From assembly GCF_032062105.1 (NCBI RefSeq), contig NW_026920771.1, positions 1 to 64,000 on the forward strand: a stretch of 64,000 nucleotides of DNA, read 5' to 3'. Below are positions 24,736 to 38,400 of this stretch, in pieces. Source of the DNA: Saccostrea cucullata. Taxonomy: Eukaryota. The translations under genes and the position numbers were made by a program. The notes beneath the pieces were generated by a model that was not told the origin of the DNA, ran no database searches, and saw only the letters and a program-made list of their open reading frames with translations. Positions within the stretch are counted from its first letter, which is position 1, and each line of letters begins with the position of its first letter.

Positions 24736-26652
24736 GTTAGTTGATACTTTTATTTGATTTTAAAAAATGTTGCCATCTTTTTATACAAAAGGTCAGTGCA
24801 AGAAACCACAAACAACAATACTTCCGATTAGCCTGTTTAAAATTTACTAAGAAAAGCATGATATGTATAACAGAAATCCGCACTATTTTATGACCACTGT
24901 TGACCCTAAGTATTTGCATATTGAGGCTCAAGCGGGTTTTCTCAGTAACAGATGTTTACGGTCAAATGATGAAGGCGAATAACATTGATCAATATCTACC
25001 TACGATATTCAGTGATTATCACGTAGGGTCTGGTATAAGATATTTTTGGTAAAAATCATTATTAACATATTTAGCATTGTTTATATCAACCAAACCGCTT
25101 GTGCATATATTTGGCATGCTTGAAATTAAATATGTATAACGGAGATATCTAAATCATATTATAGCTTAACAGTATTCTGAAAGTCTAAAATGATACATAA
25201 TAACGAATGATAAAATAAATAATGACAGAAGGGCACATGCACCTCTAATTTTTTTTTTAATTCGTTCCTTTTTTGAAGCTAGAAATGAATGATATAGGTT
25301 TTTAACCAAGAATTTTCATAACATTAATTTTGGTTTTTTAATCATTTTGCATTTGAAATTATAATACTGAATTTTAATTACAAGATAACAGCAAGTCTAG
25401 AAATTTTAGAACTTAGAAGAACTTTCAACAAAAATTAAAAATCAAGTTAATTTCAAAATATTGCAAAATCAGTTACGTTGATAAAATTGCTTGCAAATAG
25501 ATCTTTCTAAATCTCCTTTTTAAAGATTAAACCATTTTCAATTATTAAATTAATGTAAATCAAAAAATCTAAAAGTTGCGTTTTGGTCCGCGGGTATTTG
25601 ACGATGGTTTTGATCTGTTGTATAACAGGGCCCATGCAAGTCCCATGCAACGTTTTTAAATGGACCCCCCTCCCAAAAAAAGGATAATTTACCTAAATAT
25701 TTCTTATAGAAAAATAAATAGTTTACTAATAAAACTTCTCCAATGTTAAAAAAAATACTATACTGGAGAGAAGAAAAGTTCTTAGAAAATGAAAGCTAAT
25801 TGATTTGTACATTTTTTCTCAATTGTTTGAATTTGCCTTTAGGCCTTGTGGGACTCTAACCAGCTCTGCTTACAGCAACTTGAAATGTTTAGGGGGAGGG
25901 GGATTGGGGGGGGCATTCAGATGAACGGCATTAACATTAAGAACGACGTATAAAAATATAGCATTCATTCTTTGTGATGTGACTGAGAGTGAAATAGAAA
26001 TAATCAAGGATGAATATACCTCAGGGACTTCCAAACTAATGGCCTATGTGAATTTCGGACTATAAGGCTTTAAAAGATGTACGCCGACGGAGGAACCCAC
26101 CTCCCCTTCGAATTTAATCCCCTTTTTATTAAAAAAAGTCTGCACTTATTTCTATATAATAAATTTTTATGCCCATGTATAATCACTGAGTTTTATTAAT
26201 TAACAATCCAATCTGTAAAGATTTTCAAAGTTGATATTTGATTTCACTGTGACAAGATGAAGATACTATACCTTTCTCTCTCCTTTTTTTTAAAAGAATA
26301 AACTATTTGAAAAATATATTTTTATGAGTTGCTTATTTAAATGTGAATTTACAGTAGGCCCTACGGGGGAAAGTGACTCAGATTGGAAAGAAATGTTTAT
26401 TGTACGACCGTCTAATATCAAACGCTACAGATAGAGCGCCACCTGTGGTCAGTTGTGCAAAATTTGTACGGTGGTCTGTTCAGCAGTTTTAGGTAAGATT
26501 AGGTAGATTTCGACACAGTTCTGTGTTTATCAGTTTATTTAGCAATCTATAGAAATTCATTTCATAAAAGTTGCAAAAAGACACACAAAGAAACCACAGA
26601 TATCTTTGAAATTCCATGTTGTTTATTACACAGTTGATAACTTTCTCTTTAC

Positions 26653-27509
26653 CAGGTTGGGCACAGCCTACCAAATGGTACTTTATCCCCCGTTTGGTAG
26701 ATAATCTACCATATCGGTAACGAATTTTACTAACCAAATGGGGGACAAAATTGGTTGTGTTTAATTCCAAAGAGAGGAGTGGAATTTCGCATAATTTTAA
26801 ACCATGTGGAATAAAATATAGATATTTATCGGTGTTCTGGATGAAAAAAATCAAAAATATGTGCAATTTTTTGCGCAAGTGTTCAAAAATTTGACAAAAA
26901 ACGTAGCTTATGTAAACAAGTGCAATGTTTCTCCGTTTTTTACTTTAAAAGAAAATTCCCTCCTTCTCGAACGATGCTGCACCTGTCAATCATGTCCTTT
27001 ACTTTCTATTTCGATTATCCGGGCAACCAATCAATTAGTGCAAACCAATCAAAACGATGATCTTTTTTTAAACCTAATGAAAAGTCGGATTTAACTACGG
27101 AGGCACATTTGTGTTAATTTTCAACTAGGAAATGGGAAGAAAAAAAAGTTTTGCCTTTATTTCTTTTTATTTTGAACACAATGGCTTTGTTCTTCATAGA
27201 AATAGTAAATGCAGTTGGAGTATGACATAATTATTGTTTTAAAACGATGTACTTGGAACAAAAACAAGAATAATGACAAAAGTCATTTTGTACATCTTTT
27301 ATTGAATATTATTTATTTAATATTATATTGTGTGAGGAATATGTTCACTAAAATCCCCCAATGCCTAAATAAATGCGCTTTTGTTTTATTTTAATAAAAA
27401 TTGCAATAGAATAAAAAAGTCCCCACATTTGGTTAGTAAAATTGTTGATATGGTAGATTATCTACCAAACGGGGGATAAAGTACCATTTGGTAGGCTGTG
27501 CCCAACCTG
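26653..27509. mobile_element. Young non-autonomous DNA transposon with long TIRs and a 5-bp TSD (TTTAC)
   Basis: About 60 bp of perfect TIR starting CAGGTTGGGCACAGCCTACCAAATGGTACTTTATCCCCCG, extending imperfectly to ~100 bp. tttac is present on both flanks. Confidence 0.9.
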
Positions 27510-28329
27510 TTTACGTGTTTGGCAAAACTAATGTTTCTAGGTTTCAATTATGTTCATTTATGTAAAACATATTTCAGTATAGCATCAAAGATTTATATTT
27601 ACCTTTTTAACCTATTATTTTGGCTGTGTAGTGTATACATTACAGTTTATAGCTTCTCTGTAAAGCTTCCAGATTGTGATGATCGTGTATATAGTATTTT
27701 GGTTTATTACCTTCTTCTTCTATTTAACAACAAAACTTAAGAGTACTGAAGATTACTTGTTGGTGCACATGCATGACCTAAGCTTATATAAATAGAAACA
27801 ATATAATGAAAAAAAATGTGCTTTTATTTACATTAGTGATTAAAAGAAAAATCTGACTGTTTACTTTTTACATGATAATGTTGAGAACAGCTGAGGTTAG
27901 CTGTTCTCTAAAAATATCAACGTTAGTGGCTTGGACAGCAGACTGGGGGAGTAAATTCCATTGTATTATAGTTAGAGGAAAAAGGACCATTTGTATGTTT
28001 CTTTTGATGCTTGTAGGTGTCTGTATGTTTGTGTGTGATTTTGTCTAGTTCTTGTGTCTGTAGGTATGAGTATTTGCGTTGGTATAGCGACAAGTTGATG
28101 GACTACTTTATAAAACATTATTAATCTGATTTGAGGCGTCGCTCAGCTAGTATTGGCCACTGTAGTGTACTAATCATGTCTGTAACGCTACTAATCAAAT
28201 GGACTTTGTTGTTTTATTAGAGATTTAATATTTTCATCTATTCCGTATGTGTTTTCAGTTTAACTTTTTATTTGAAACCTATCTATTGACTGCTAGTCAA
28301 TAGACTGCCATCTGTTGACTGGCAATATA

Positions 28330-29135
28330 CTGTACAGCAGGAAATTAACTCGCGGAGTTAATATTCGCTATATTCGCGGAAAAAGAAATTCCGCGAATTC
28401 AACATACAGTGAATAATTCTTTAAAAGATTTATAAGCCTTAGGATAAATTGAAATTTTATTATTATCTGTGATTGATACATGTAGACTGTCTTTATAATT
28501 ATGCGAGTGTATGGATCAAATTGAATTATATTTGCGTAGTTGTTGGTGTTTTTAAAGCTTATTAATTGTTCAATTAATTTCTAAAGCTAACGATTAATTT
28601 TTTCCATCTAGAAAACGTGCTATGTAATTATTAAATAAAACATACTTGTTTAATTTCATCCGGCCCGTGCGTATCACTCAATCATTACCTTTAATCAAGG
28701 CACTTACCTAGTAAACAGGGTAACGACAATTAATTTCAATTATATGATTAAAAGTTCAATATTTTGACTACGGTTTAAGTTTTTTCTGATTTGGACCCAG
28801 AAATAAAAAAATCTGAAAGCGTAACATTACTTTGACTTTGAACAAATGGGGATCAGTCCGGTGTTTCGTTATTGGTTATTATTCAATCGGGATCAAAATC
28901 GACACAATATACAGGCTTGACTTTTCTGTCTGATATGCGCGATAAACAGGTACAGACTTTCGTAAGATAGAGACAGGAAATATTAGTTTACACAATATAT
29001 ACTTAAAGAAAAGTACTTGCAAGTACTATTTAAGAAATTTATTATTTTTTTTTTCACGAATTCAAACGACCGTGATTTGCTGAAAATTGAAGAAATCGCG
29101 ATCTTTTCCGACCGCCATTTTAACCTGCTGTACAG
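28330..29135. mobile_element. TA-flanked MITE (Tc1/mariner-type)
   Basis: TA|CTGTACAGCAGG ... CCTGCTGTACAG|TA. Confidence 0.75.
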
Positions 29136-29445
29136 TATTTGGAAAAAAAAGCCATTGGCCTCGGGCAATAGGACACACTGAGCTGTTCCCTGCACCAAGA
29201 AAAAAATATTCTGGTCTATTGACTGCTCAGGCATTAAATAATTGTACAATATGAATTAAATTCCACTCCTATTAAATGCCCTTTTACAAATGGCAACTGC
29301 CAACTTATTTCCTTAGGTTCAAAATTCTATCTTAGTTCTTGATCACCTGTACAAACTAGTCAGGTGGGAAATAAGATAATCTTTTTATAGTTTAATATAT
29401 ATATTAAAATAATTAAATTTGCTTTTAATTTTTCAGTGATCAGAA

Positions 29446-32400
29446 ATGTCTGACAGTGAGGATGAAGGAAGTGTTTACTCTGATGCTGGAAGTGGTAGAA
29501 ATGAAGGTGGAAGTGATGTAAGTAATAAAGTGAAAGTGAATGATGTACATGTAAGTAATAAAGTTTCTTCGAAGTTAAAGCGCCATCAGATATTTTTATA
29601 TGTGTCTACAATTTGCATTGTGAAAGTCAATGAAATGATTAAAGGAAGCTTCAAAATTGATTTCAAAAGATATATTAATGTAGTGGAATAATACATTCCT
29701 AACCTTTAGGTCTTATTGATTTTGATGTGTATTACAGAATGAAGATGGCAAAAGTAACGCAGGAAGTGACATTGGTAGCGATGTAGGAAGTGATGACGGA
29801 AGTGAAGTTGCTTCCCCTGTCAACAGAAGAAGAGGTCGTCGTAGTGTGGACGACATCATAGATGATGAGGATGAAGATGTAATTAAATTTTCAAGAAAAG
29901 ATTTGCAAAGAACTGGCTGGTGCCAGGCTCAAATTTACAGCTAGAAATCAGGCATTAAAATGCTAAAATAATGATAATGTAACAAGAAAAGGCAGCAATA
30001 TTTCAGCTTTGAGTGTATTTATGTATTAGCTGATTTTAAACATTGTTAGATGTAAACCAAGAAATCTTCTTAATTTTGTGTGAGTTAATGGTGTGTAAAA
30101 AAAAGTTTCTTGGAATATTCACTGTCGTCAAATAGAAATGTTCCCATTATACAGTTTGCTATTGATTTGATGTAGGATTATGATGAAGAAGAAGATGAAG
30201 ACTATGAAGAAAGTGGAAGAAAGAAAAAGAAGCCGAGACACGCTGGATACATCTTAGATGAAGCTGGTATGTTTCCTTTGTTCAACGATTAACAACTTAC
30301 AGATTTTAATTTCAAAACATCCATATTAAGTTGACAGTGGTTGATGATGATAACAATTAAGTTAGTAGTGTTAGATGATGATACAGATGATTCTGATGAT
30401 TTCAGATGTGGATGAGGAGGGCGATGAGGATGAAGAAGAGTGGGAAGAAGGAGCAGAGGACTTGATAGACAAAGTCTCCTCTTATGAAGGCCCCACCGCC
30501 AAGGAAATCGAAAACAACAGAAGACTGGGACATTTATTCAGGTATCAAAGCAAACTTTCCTTAAAAATGAAAGTTTGATTATTTTGGTCAGGATCCGACA
30601 CTAACATTTTTAGGTTTTGGTCCGGCCGGACTAGTGCTTCTTTGCTTTTACTAGTCGTGGGCAATTTTATTAGTCCATCAAAAATAAAAATAATTAAATA
30701 GAATTAATGTTGCAATGTGCTTTTTATACTTTTTTTGAAATAAACAAAGCATTTACATAAATTGTTTATACCAAGAAGTCGTTGAAATCACACAATCAGG
30801 AACTACGATTGTATTCCCGATCTCATTCATTTTTCTCTATACATGATTACATCATCTAAATATCCGACATCTTTCTTTATTTATGTGTCATACTAAATCA
30901 TGATCATTAAAATGTTTAATTTCATAACAATGAGTCCTAAAATTAAGCGCCGAATTGACTCAGAATTACCTAACTTCCCGCCAAGAAGCTAGAAAGCTAA
31001 AAATAAATATGGGGTTTTCCAGTGAAAGTTGTCGAAAATTTGAAATTTGGTAAATTCTTTTTTCTCCCCAAGAAAACTTTATCAGTCCATTCGGACTAAT
31101 TAGCTACAATTTTCATTAGTCTGAATGAAAATGTATTAGTCTGAGACTAACGGACTAACGTTAATGTCGAACCCTGTTGGTAGTTAAAGGTAAAATGATT
31201 GTGATTTGTATTTAAAACAACACCTCCTGTCATTCATGAATATTCCAATTAATATTTCTGGGGAAAAAAAAGAGAAGGCATGTATTTCACATGTACTGTA
31301 GTTGAAAATTAAGGGAAAAAATTCAATTTTTCTTCTATTGGCTTTTCAGTTCCCAGAGAGAAGATGAGTTGGAGGAGTACTATAGAAACAAGTATGGACA
31401 GACATCAGTTGCAGCTCGCTTTGGTGAGGGAGAGGAAATGTCGGATGAAATTACACAACAGGGACTTCTTCCAGGTGTCAAGTAAGTGTACATGGATTTG
31501 GATGTTGATTTTACAGCTATGCCAGGCAAGCAATATCAGTTCAGTAAAGATAGCAGAATAAAAGCATTCAGTAGAATAAGAAGATAAAGATTTTTTCCTC
31601 TAATTTTTTAGGGATCCCAACTTGTGGCTGGTGAAGTGTAGAATTGGAGAAGAGAGAGCCACAGCCTTACAGCTGATGAGGAAGTTTATTGCTTATCAAT
31701 TCACTGATGAGGTATGAAAGAATTAAATTTTTTATTTGATTTACTTTTACATTAAAAATATTTCTATGATGGTACAACACAACATGGTAAAGTAATTTTA
31801 CATGTAAAAAAAATTCTGTATCTTCAGTATTGTGAGCATAAAATTTGTTAATATTTAAGGTTTTTCTTTCTGTTTTTTTGTAGCCACTACAAATTAAATC
31901 AGTAATATCCAAGGAAAGTTTGAAGGGATACATTTATATTGAGGCTTACAAACAGACCCACGTAAAACAGGCCATTGATGGTATAGGGAATCTCAGAATG
32001 GGACAATGGTCACAACAGGTACATACAATTATTTACAGTTGAACTTCGGTATCTCGAACTCCGATATCTTGAATACCATGGATATGTCAAAGTGATTTGG
32101 AAGTCCCAACCACATATTCTTTAAGTATTTACCGTATATACTCGCCTATAAGTCGGTCCGCCTATAAGTCGGTTGTATTTTTTGACGTTATTTTAGTGGG
32201 GTTTGCTATTGACCCGCTTATAAGTCGGTACAATTTTTTGCCAAAACCTGGTGACAATTTCAAGTTAATCCATTAATATTTTAACCTGGTTTCAATTAAT
32301 ATTTTTCGAAATGACACTGATATTTAATCTTAAATTATTAAACAAAAAGGCAATGCTCACTTAAAATACAAATAAAATTATTAAAATATGTAAATACTTG

Positions 32401-35400
32401 TACTTTATATATATAATTAAGAATACATCAATTATCTTATATATCCATATATTTTCTTCGATAATCGTTGGAAATGCAAACAAGATACTACCTTTCAGCC
32501 TCCAGAAAAATACCAATCTCTCTATGACTCGCCTATAAGTCGGACATAGAGTTTTAGACCAATATTTAACTCCCAAAATACCGACTTATAGGCGAGTATA
32601 TACGGTAACCTTGGATTATCATATCTCGAATCCTCGGATTTCTCAAAGTTTTTTCTCAGTCCAATCAGGTTTGAGATAATGAAGTTTGACTTCATTTTTA
32701 AATCTGTTTATCATTTCATCAAAATCTAGTTCTAGGTTTTGAGCAGCAGTACATCCATGTTCAAAAGAACTTCTGACAAGATTCAAATTAAGTTCAATAG
32801 CAGCAGCAAAATGCCTGAAATATGTTTAAAATCTACAAAACTACAATGCTTTGATTTATTTCATAAAGATGGTACCTATCAAAGAAATGACAGATGTGTT
32901 GAAAGTTGTGAAGGAGACAGCACAATTAAAGCCCAGACAGTGGGTTCGGTTGAAGAGGGGGATCTTCAAAGATGATCTGGCTCAGGTAGGTGGAAGATAA
33001 CGTAGTACCTTTAGAATTGCGTCTTTCTGGGAAAAAAAAAACTCATCTTTTACAAAAATGTAAGATTTCACATTTTTGACTCTGGTATTAGATAATTTTA
33101 TAGTTCAACAAACTCAAAATGTATATTGTGAATTCATTTTAAAGCAAATTCTATGAGAAAAATATTTTTTTCAGAACGCCTCGTTGTATATGTATCTGCT
33201 GCTGATAATTCATTCTGTTTAATTGATGACTGAAAAATAATTTATGTCTTGGTCATGATACTGTATTTGTCATAACCATGCTAAGTGTAAACTCAGTTTT
33301 GTAATATGTTTTACAGGTTGACTACTTTGAACCAGCACAGAACATAGTCCATTTAAAGATGATACCTCGCATTGATTACTCAAAGAAACGAGGTGTGCTG
33401 AGAGTACAGGCTGATGTGAGTAATGATTTATCATATGACATTAATATTAGAGAGGATGTAGGAAAGGGTATATCTAGAATTTAGAACTTTAACTGTTAAA
33501 TCTCAAATTGGACTATTGTTGGCAAAAATACTAGTCAGATAAAAAAAAAGACCAAAAAAAAAGAGGAATGCTGTGCAAAGAGAGATAACTCTTCATAAAT
33601 CTGCATTTTCCATTATATTCTTCAACAGCGATTCATATCAAATTTGTTCCTTAGGCATTTGATATTTTATTGTCTGTATGTCACCCTAAGTATGGGTATT
33701 TTGAAATATTAGAGTTTTAATGAAACAGCTACATGTATGTCCAATTTCTTCCAGGAAACAGAAAAAAGAAAGAAGAAAAGAAGACCTCCACAGAAGTTAT
33801 TTGATGTTGATGCTATAAGGTACAGAATGATTGATATTGTTTATGTTTAAAAATTTACTAAGTGTTTTGTTTTTATCTCATAAATATATGAGATATAAGT
33901 TTCACAGGAAGATAAATGATAAGGACTGGTCACTGGTTTCAGGGCTATTGGTGGAGAGGTGACCAGTGATGGAGATTTCTTATTGTTTGAGAATAACCGC
34001 TACACCAGGAAGGGCTTTCTGTTCAAAAGCTTTGTCATGTCAGCAATCGTAAGTACATAGATGCTGAAAATAATTCCTCATTTATAAAATATAATTTCTA
34101 GGGCTTAACTTTTTCAAGTTTCACATTTTTAAACATAAGTTTCAGTGTATTGAAAATTTAAATTAAACAGAAATATATTCAGTGGAACTTAGTGATATTC
34201 AAGGGAACTGAATAGTGATTCAATCGTCTTTGAGATTTACTGGTATTGTGAGATTATTTTTGACTTCATTTTGTACAGATTGCAGAGGGAGTGAAGCCAA
34301 CCCTGGCAGAGCTGGAGAAATTTGAGGATACACCAGAGGGGGCGGAAGTAGAATGTAGGTAAAATTTATCTCCCTTATATAAAAACAGATTCCTTTTACA
34401 ATGTGATGTTTAATGCTACATTTACAATACTGTGTAATTCTGTATGGCATTGTATGTTTAATTAATTGACATTAGAAGCAAATGATGTATAATTTCATAA
34501 TCAAATTTTATTTGTTACATTCACTGTATTTGATGCTGAAGGGGCTGTGTAAAATTCTATAAGTCATAGGTAATTTGAGTTAACATTAGTAAAATGAATG
34601 TAATGCATGCTTAACTGAATTAATATTAGAAAAATAAAATTAAATCAATTTTTCACTCCCAGTGGTGCCCGAGAAACAGCAAGGGGAAGTAAATCACAAC
34701 TTTGTCCCCGGGGACGTGGTGGAGGTTTGTGAGGGGGAGTTGGTCCACCTCCAGGGTAAGGTCATCGGCGTGGACGGAAACAAGATCACGATGCTGCCGA
34801 AACACGAAGACCTTCGGGATCCTCTGGAGTTTATGTCACATGAGTTAAAGAAACACTTTAAGATGGGGGACCACGTGAAGGTGTTGTCTGGGCGATATGA
34901 AGGGGACACGGGGCTGATCGTCCGTGTGGAGGATAATCTTGTTGTACTGTTCTCAGATCTCACAATGCATGAGGTATAGTTTTATATGAAAGATTTCGCA
35001 CATTAATTTCTATTCCTAGACAGAGTCTAATTAGCATTGTCATGTATCAATTATTCATTATTTCTTGCTATTACTTCTTTACTTTTCAGTTTATGATGAA
35101 GAGTGGGCACATGATATCTCTTAGTATAATTGTGTTCCAAGTTATCTCTTCACAAGAGAATTTTTTTTTTAAAAATTCAAATTATGTGAATGTAATTGCA
35201 GATGAAAGTTTTGCCCAGAGACCTTCAGTTGTGTACAGATATGGCTACAGGAGTGGATTCTCTAGGACAGTACCAGTTTGGAGATCTTGTTCAGATAGAG
35301 TGAGTCTCACCTTGCCAAAATGTTCACTTACCAGTAGCTATGTGCTTGATCTTTTTTTTCTGTCAAAATTATATAATGTTTTAGAATGTGTTCTTGACAG

Positions 35401-38400
35401 AAGAATCAATGCAGCTCTTATTTTTAAATGGTCATTCATTTCTCTTTGACAGTCCACAGACAGTAGGTGTCATTGTAAGATTAGAGAAAGAAAATTTCCA
35501 GGTTCTATCCATGCACAACAAGGTAACTGAAATATTGTTTATAGCAACTTTGATTGTTAAAATAAAGAAATTCATATTTTTACAATGGTATTAAGGTTTT
35601 GAAACATTTCAGTGTGATATATGTTGTTACTTTTGCTATTACCATGACTACTTGATTTAACTTTCAGATACTTAACTTAAAACCAGCAGCAGTAACAAGG
35701 AAGAGGGACACAAAATATGCTGTTGCCTTGGATTCAGAAAACAACAGCATTCAGGTCAAAGATGTCATCAAGGTCATAGATGGACCTCACTCAGTAAGCA
35801 TTTTACAAGAGAACTGAAACTTTTGAAAGGAAAAAAAAAATTGATAAAATTGAGCTTTTGACATGCAGTGGATGTGTATATGATAATTCTCACTTTTCAG
35901 AGTGACATTGAACATTCCCCAAAATGTTCATATCTATCATAAGTTTCATGCATCAAAGACAACATACATATGTAAAATAATTAAAGTGATTTGTTTGGAT
36001 GTGATGATATTTCTCTTTCCATTATGTCTTGTTGGTCCCAGCTCTACCAATTTCTGTTTTGTTTGTGTAGGGTAGACAAGGAGAAATAAAACATCTGTAC
36101 AGAAGTTACTGCTTCCTGATGTCAAGGACAATGACAGAGAATGGTGGTTACTTTGTGTGTAGGACTAGGCATGTGGTGCTAGCTGGAGGATCAAAGGTAG
36201 GATATGACAGAGAATGGTGGTTACTTTGTGTGTAGGACTAGGCATGTGGTGCTAGCTGGAGGATCAAAGGTAGGATATGACAGAGAATGGTGGTTACTTT
36301 GTGTGTAGGACAAGGCATGTGGTGCTAGCTGGAGGATCAAAGGTAGGATATGACAGAGAATGGTGGTTACTTTGTGTGTAGGACAAGGCATGTGGCGCTA
36401 GCTGGAGGATCAAAGGTAGGATATGACAGAGAATGGTGGTCACTTTGTGTGTAGGACTAGGCATGTGGTGCTAGCTGGAGGATCAAAGGTAGGATATGAC
36501 AGAGAATGGTGGTCACTTTGTAGCTAGGACTAGATAAGTGGTGCTAGCTGGAGGATCAAAAATTGGTTGTATTTATAATTCTCTTGTAAAAATTGATTTG
36601 CAGTTGTAATTTTTTTATTTATACTGAGTGCATGTAGAAATTTGTTTTGCAGGGTACAAACAGAGCTCAGTTGGGAGTGACAGGATTTGCCCCAATGTCT
36701 CCAAGGTTATCCAGCCCAGCTCATCCTGGGGGTGGGGGAGTGGGAGGAGCTCCCGGTGGAGGGGGTGCCACACCAGGGAGGGGCAGAGGAGGGAGTGGCC
36801 TCAGCAAGAGGGACAGAGACCTCATTGGAACTACAGTCAGAATCATACAAGGGCCGTTCAAAGGTTTGAGCCTAATGAACTGTTCATGTATTTTCTCTTA
36901 TAAAGCTACAGTTAAATTAAGGTTTTCAAGAGTGAGCAAATGTCAAAAACCTAGGGAATGCCATAGTGAATTTTCAGCTTCATCCTTGTATTACAAATAG
37001 AATCTTATCTCTGATATGTAGAACTCATAAATATTTTAAAGATTTTTACAATAAGGTATGAGGTTTGATTGGAACCTTTGAGATTCAGTGTAACACTTGT
37101 TCAAAACCACACTGCTTCTCTTACCTGTAGGTTACATTGGAATTGTCAAAGATGCCACAGATTCAACAGCTCGTGTGGAGCTTCATTCCAGCTGTAAGAC
37201 TATATCAGTGGACAGAAGTCGTCTCAGTAATCTCGTGTATGTGTCATTTTGATTTTTTCTCAAAATCCAAATTCTTCCTATTATTTTGTAGCAATTAAAT
37301 CTTTGTAACAAAAAATCTTATCGATATGGTAGTAACCTGTCACTTTTTAAGACTGGATATTTTCTTTCATGATTTAATATGATGTTACGTGATTTCAGTG
37401 GTGGCCGTTCTGTTGGATCAGCGGCTACTCCTGGTGGTCGTACTCCCATGCACGGCTCCCAGACTCCCATGTATGGATCCCGCACACCTATGTACGGTTC
37501 ACAGACTCCACTACACGATGGGAGTAGGACTCCTAATTATGGCAGTATGACTCCCCTACATGAGCCCGGAAGCAGGACGCCAGGACAGAGTGCCTGGGAT
37601 CCCACTAATCCCAATACACCTACAAGGTAAGAGGCAAGGGTGGGATTTCAGATCCCTGAATATAACTGAGATAAAATATGGAAATAATAGTCATAACAAA
37701 CTAATCAATATTTACACATGCACAATGTTGGGACAGTGTTATATACAAGAAATCTTAAATTTTATAATTATATACATGTATGTTCTGTATATTTTTTAGG
37801 AATAATGACTTTGACTACCACTTTGATGATAACCCCTCACCTGGGGATTATGGTGGAGCCACCCCCAATCCAGGTACCCCTGGATACTCAGCAGACACCC
37901 CCAGTCCAAGGGGACCCTTCACACCCCAGACCCCGGGGACCAGTTATTCCCCTTATGCACACCCTTCACCTTCACCTGGAGGTTACTCAGGTAAATCAAA
38001 AACCTTGTTAAAAGAAATACAGTCAATTCTCGAATTATTGCCATTCGATTCATCGCCATTTTCGCAATACCGCCATGATTTCCCAAGAACGTTTTTCCTG
38101 CTACATAAAATTCATCTTGATATTAAATTGCATACCGCCACCCTGTTTTTCACAACAAATGTCCATATTTAACTGTATCATTTATGCTTTTCTAAAATTT
38201 ACCGCCACAGGTGGATGTGGTCAGTGAAGCGCGGCTAATTGGTTGGCGCTATCCCTCAAACACCTAAAAATTATCAAAATCTAAACGCATAATATACCTG
38301 TAAAGCCAGTCAAGGTACATGCAATTAAGTAAACAATAATTTTAACTTGAACTGTTTGAATAATTTTGTTTTCTGTTTAATAAAATCATTTAGTGAACTG

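Noticed and set aside
26489-27740. Short ORFs in and around the TIR element as a possible transposase
   Set aside because: No DDE or other recognisable motif; the element is non-autonomous.
37399-37990. Repetitive TPMYGS/PSP peptide motifs
   Set aside because: These are the normal SPT5 C-terminal repeat regions.
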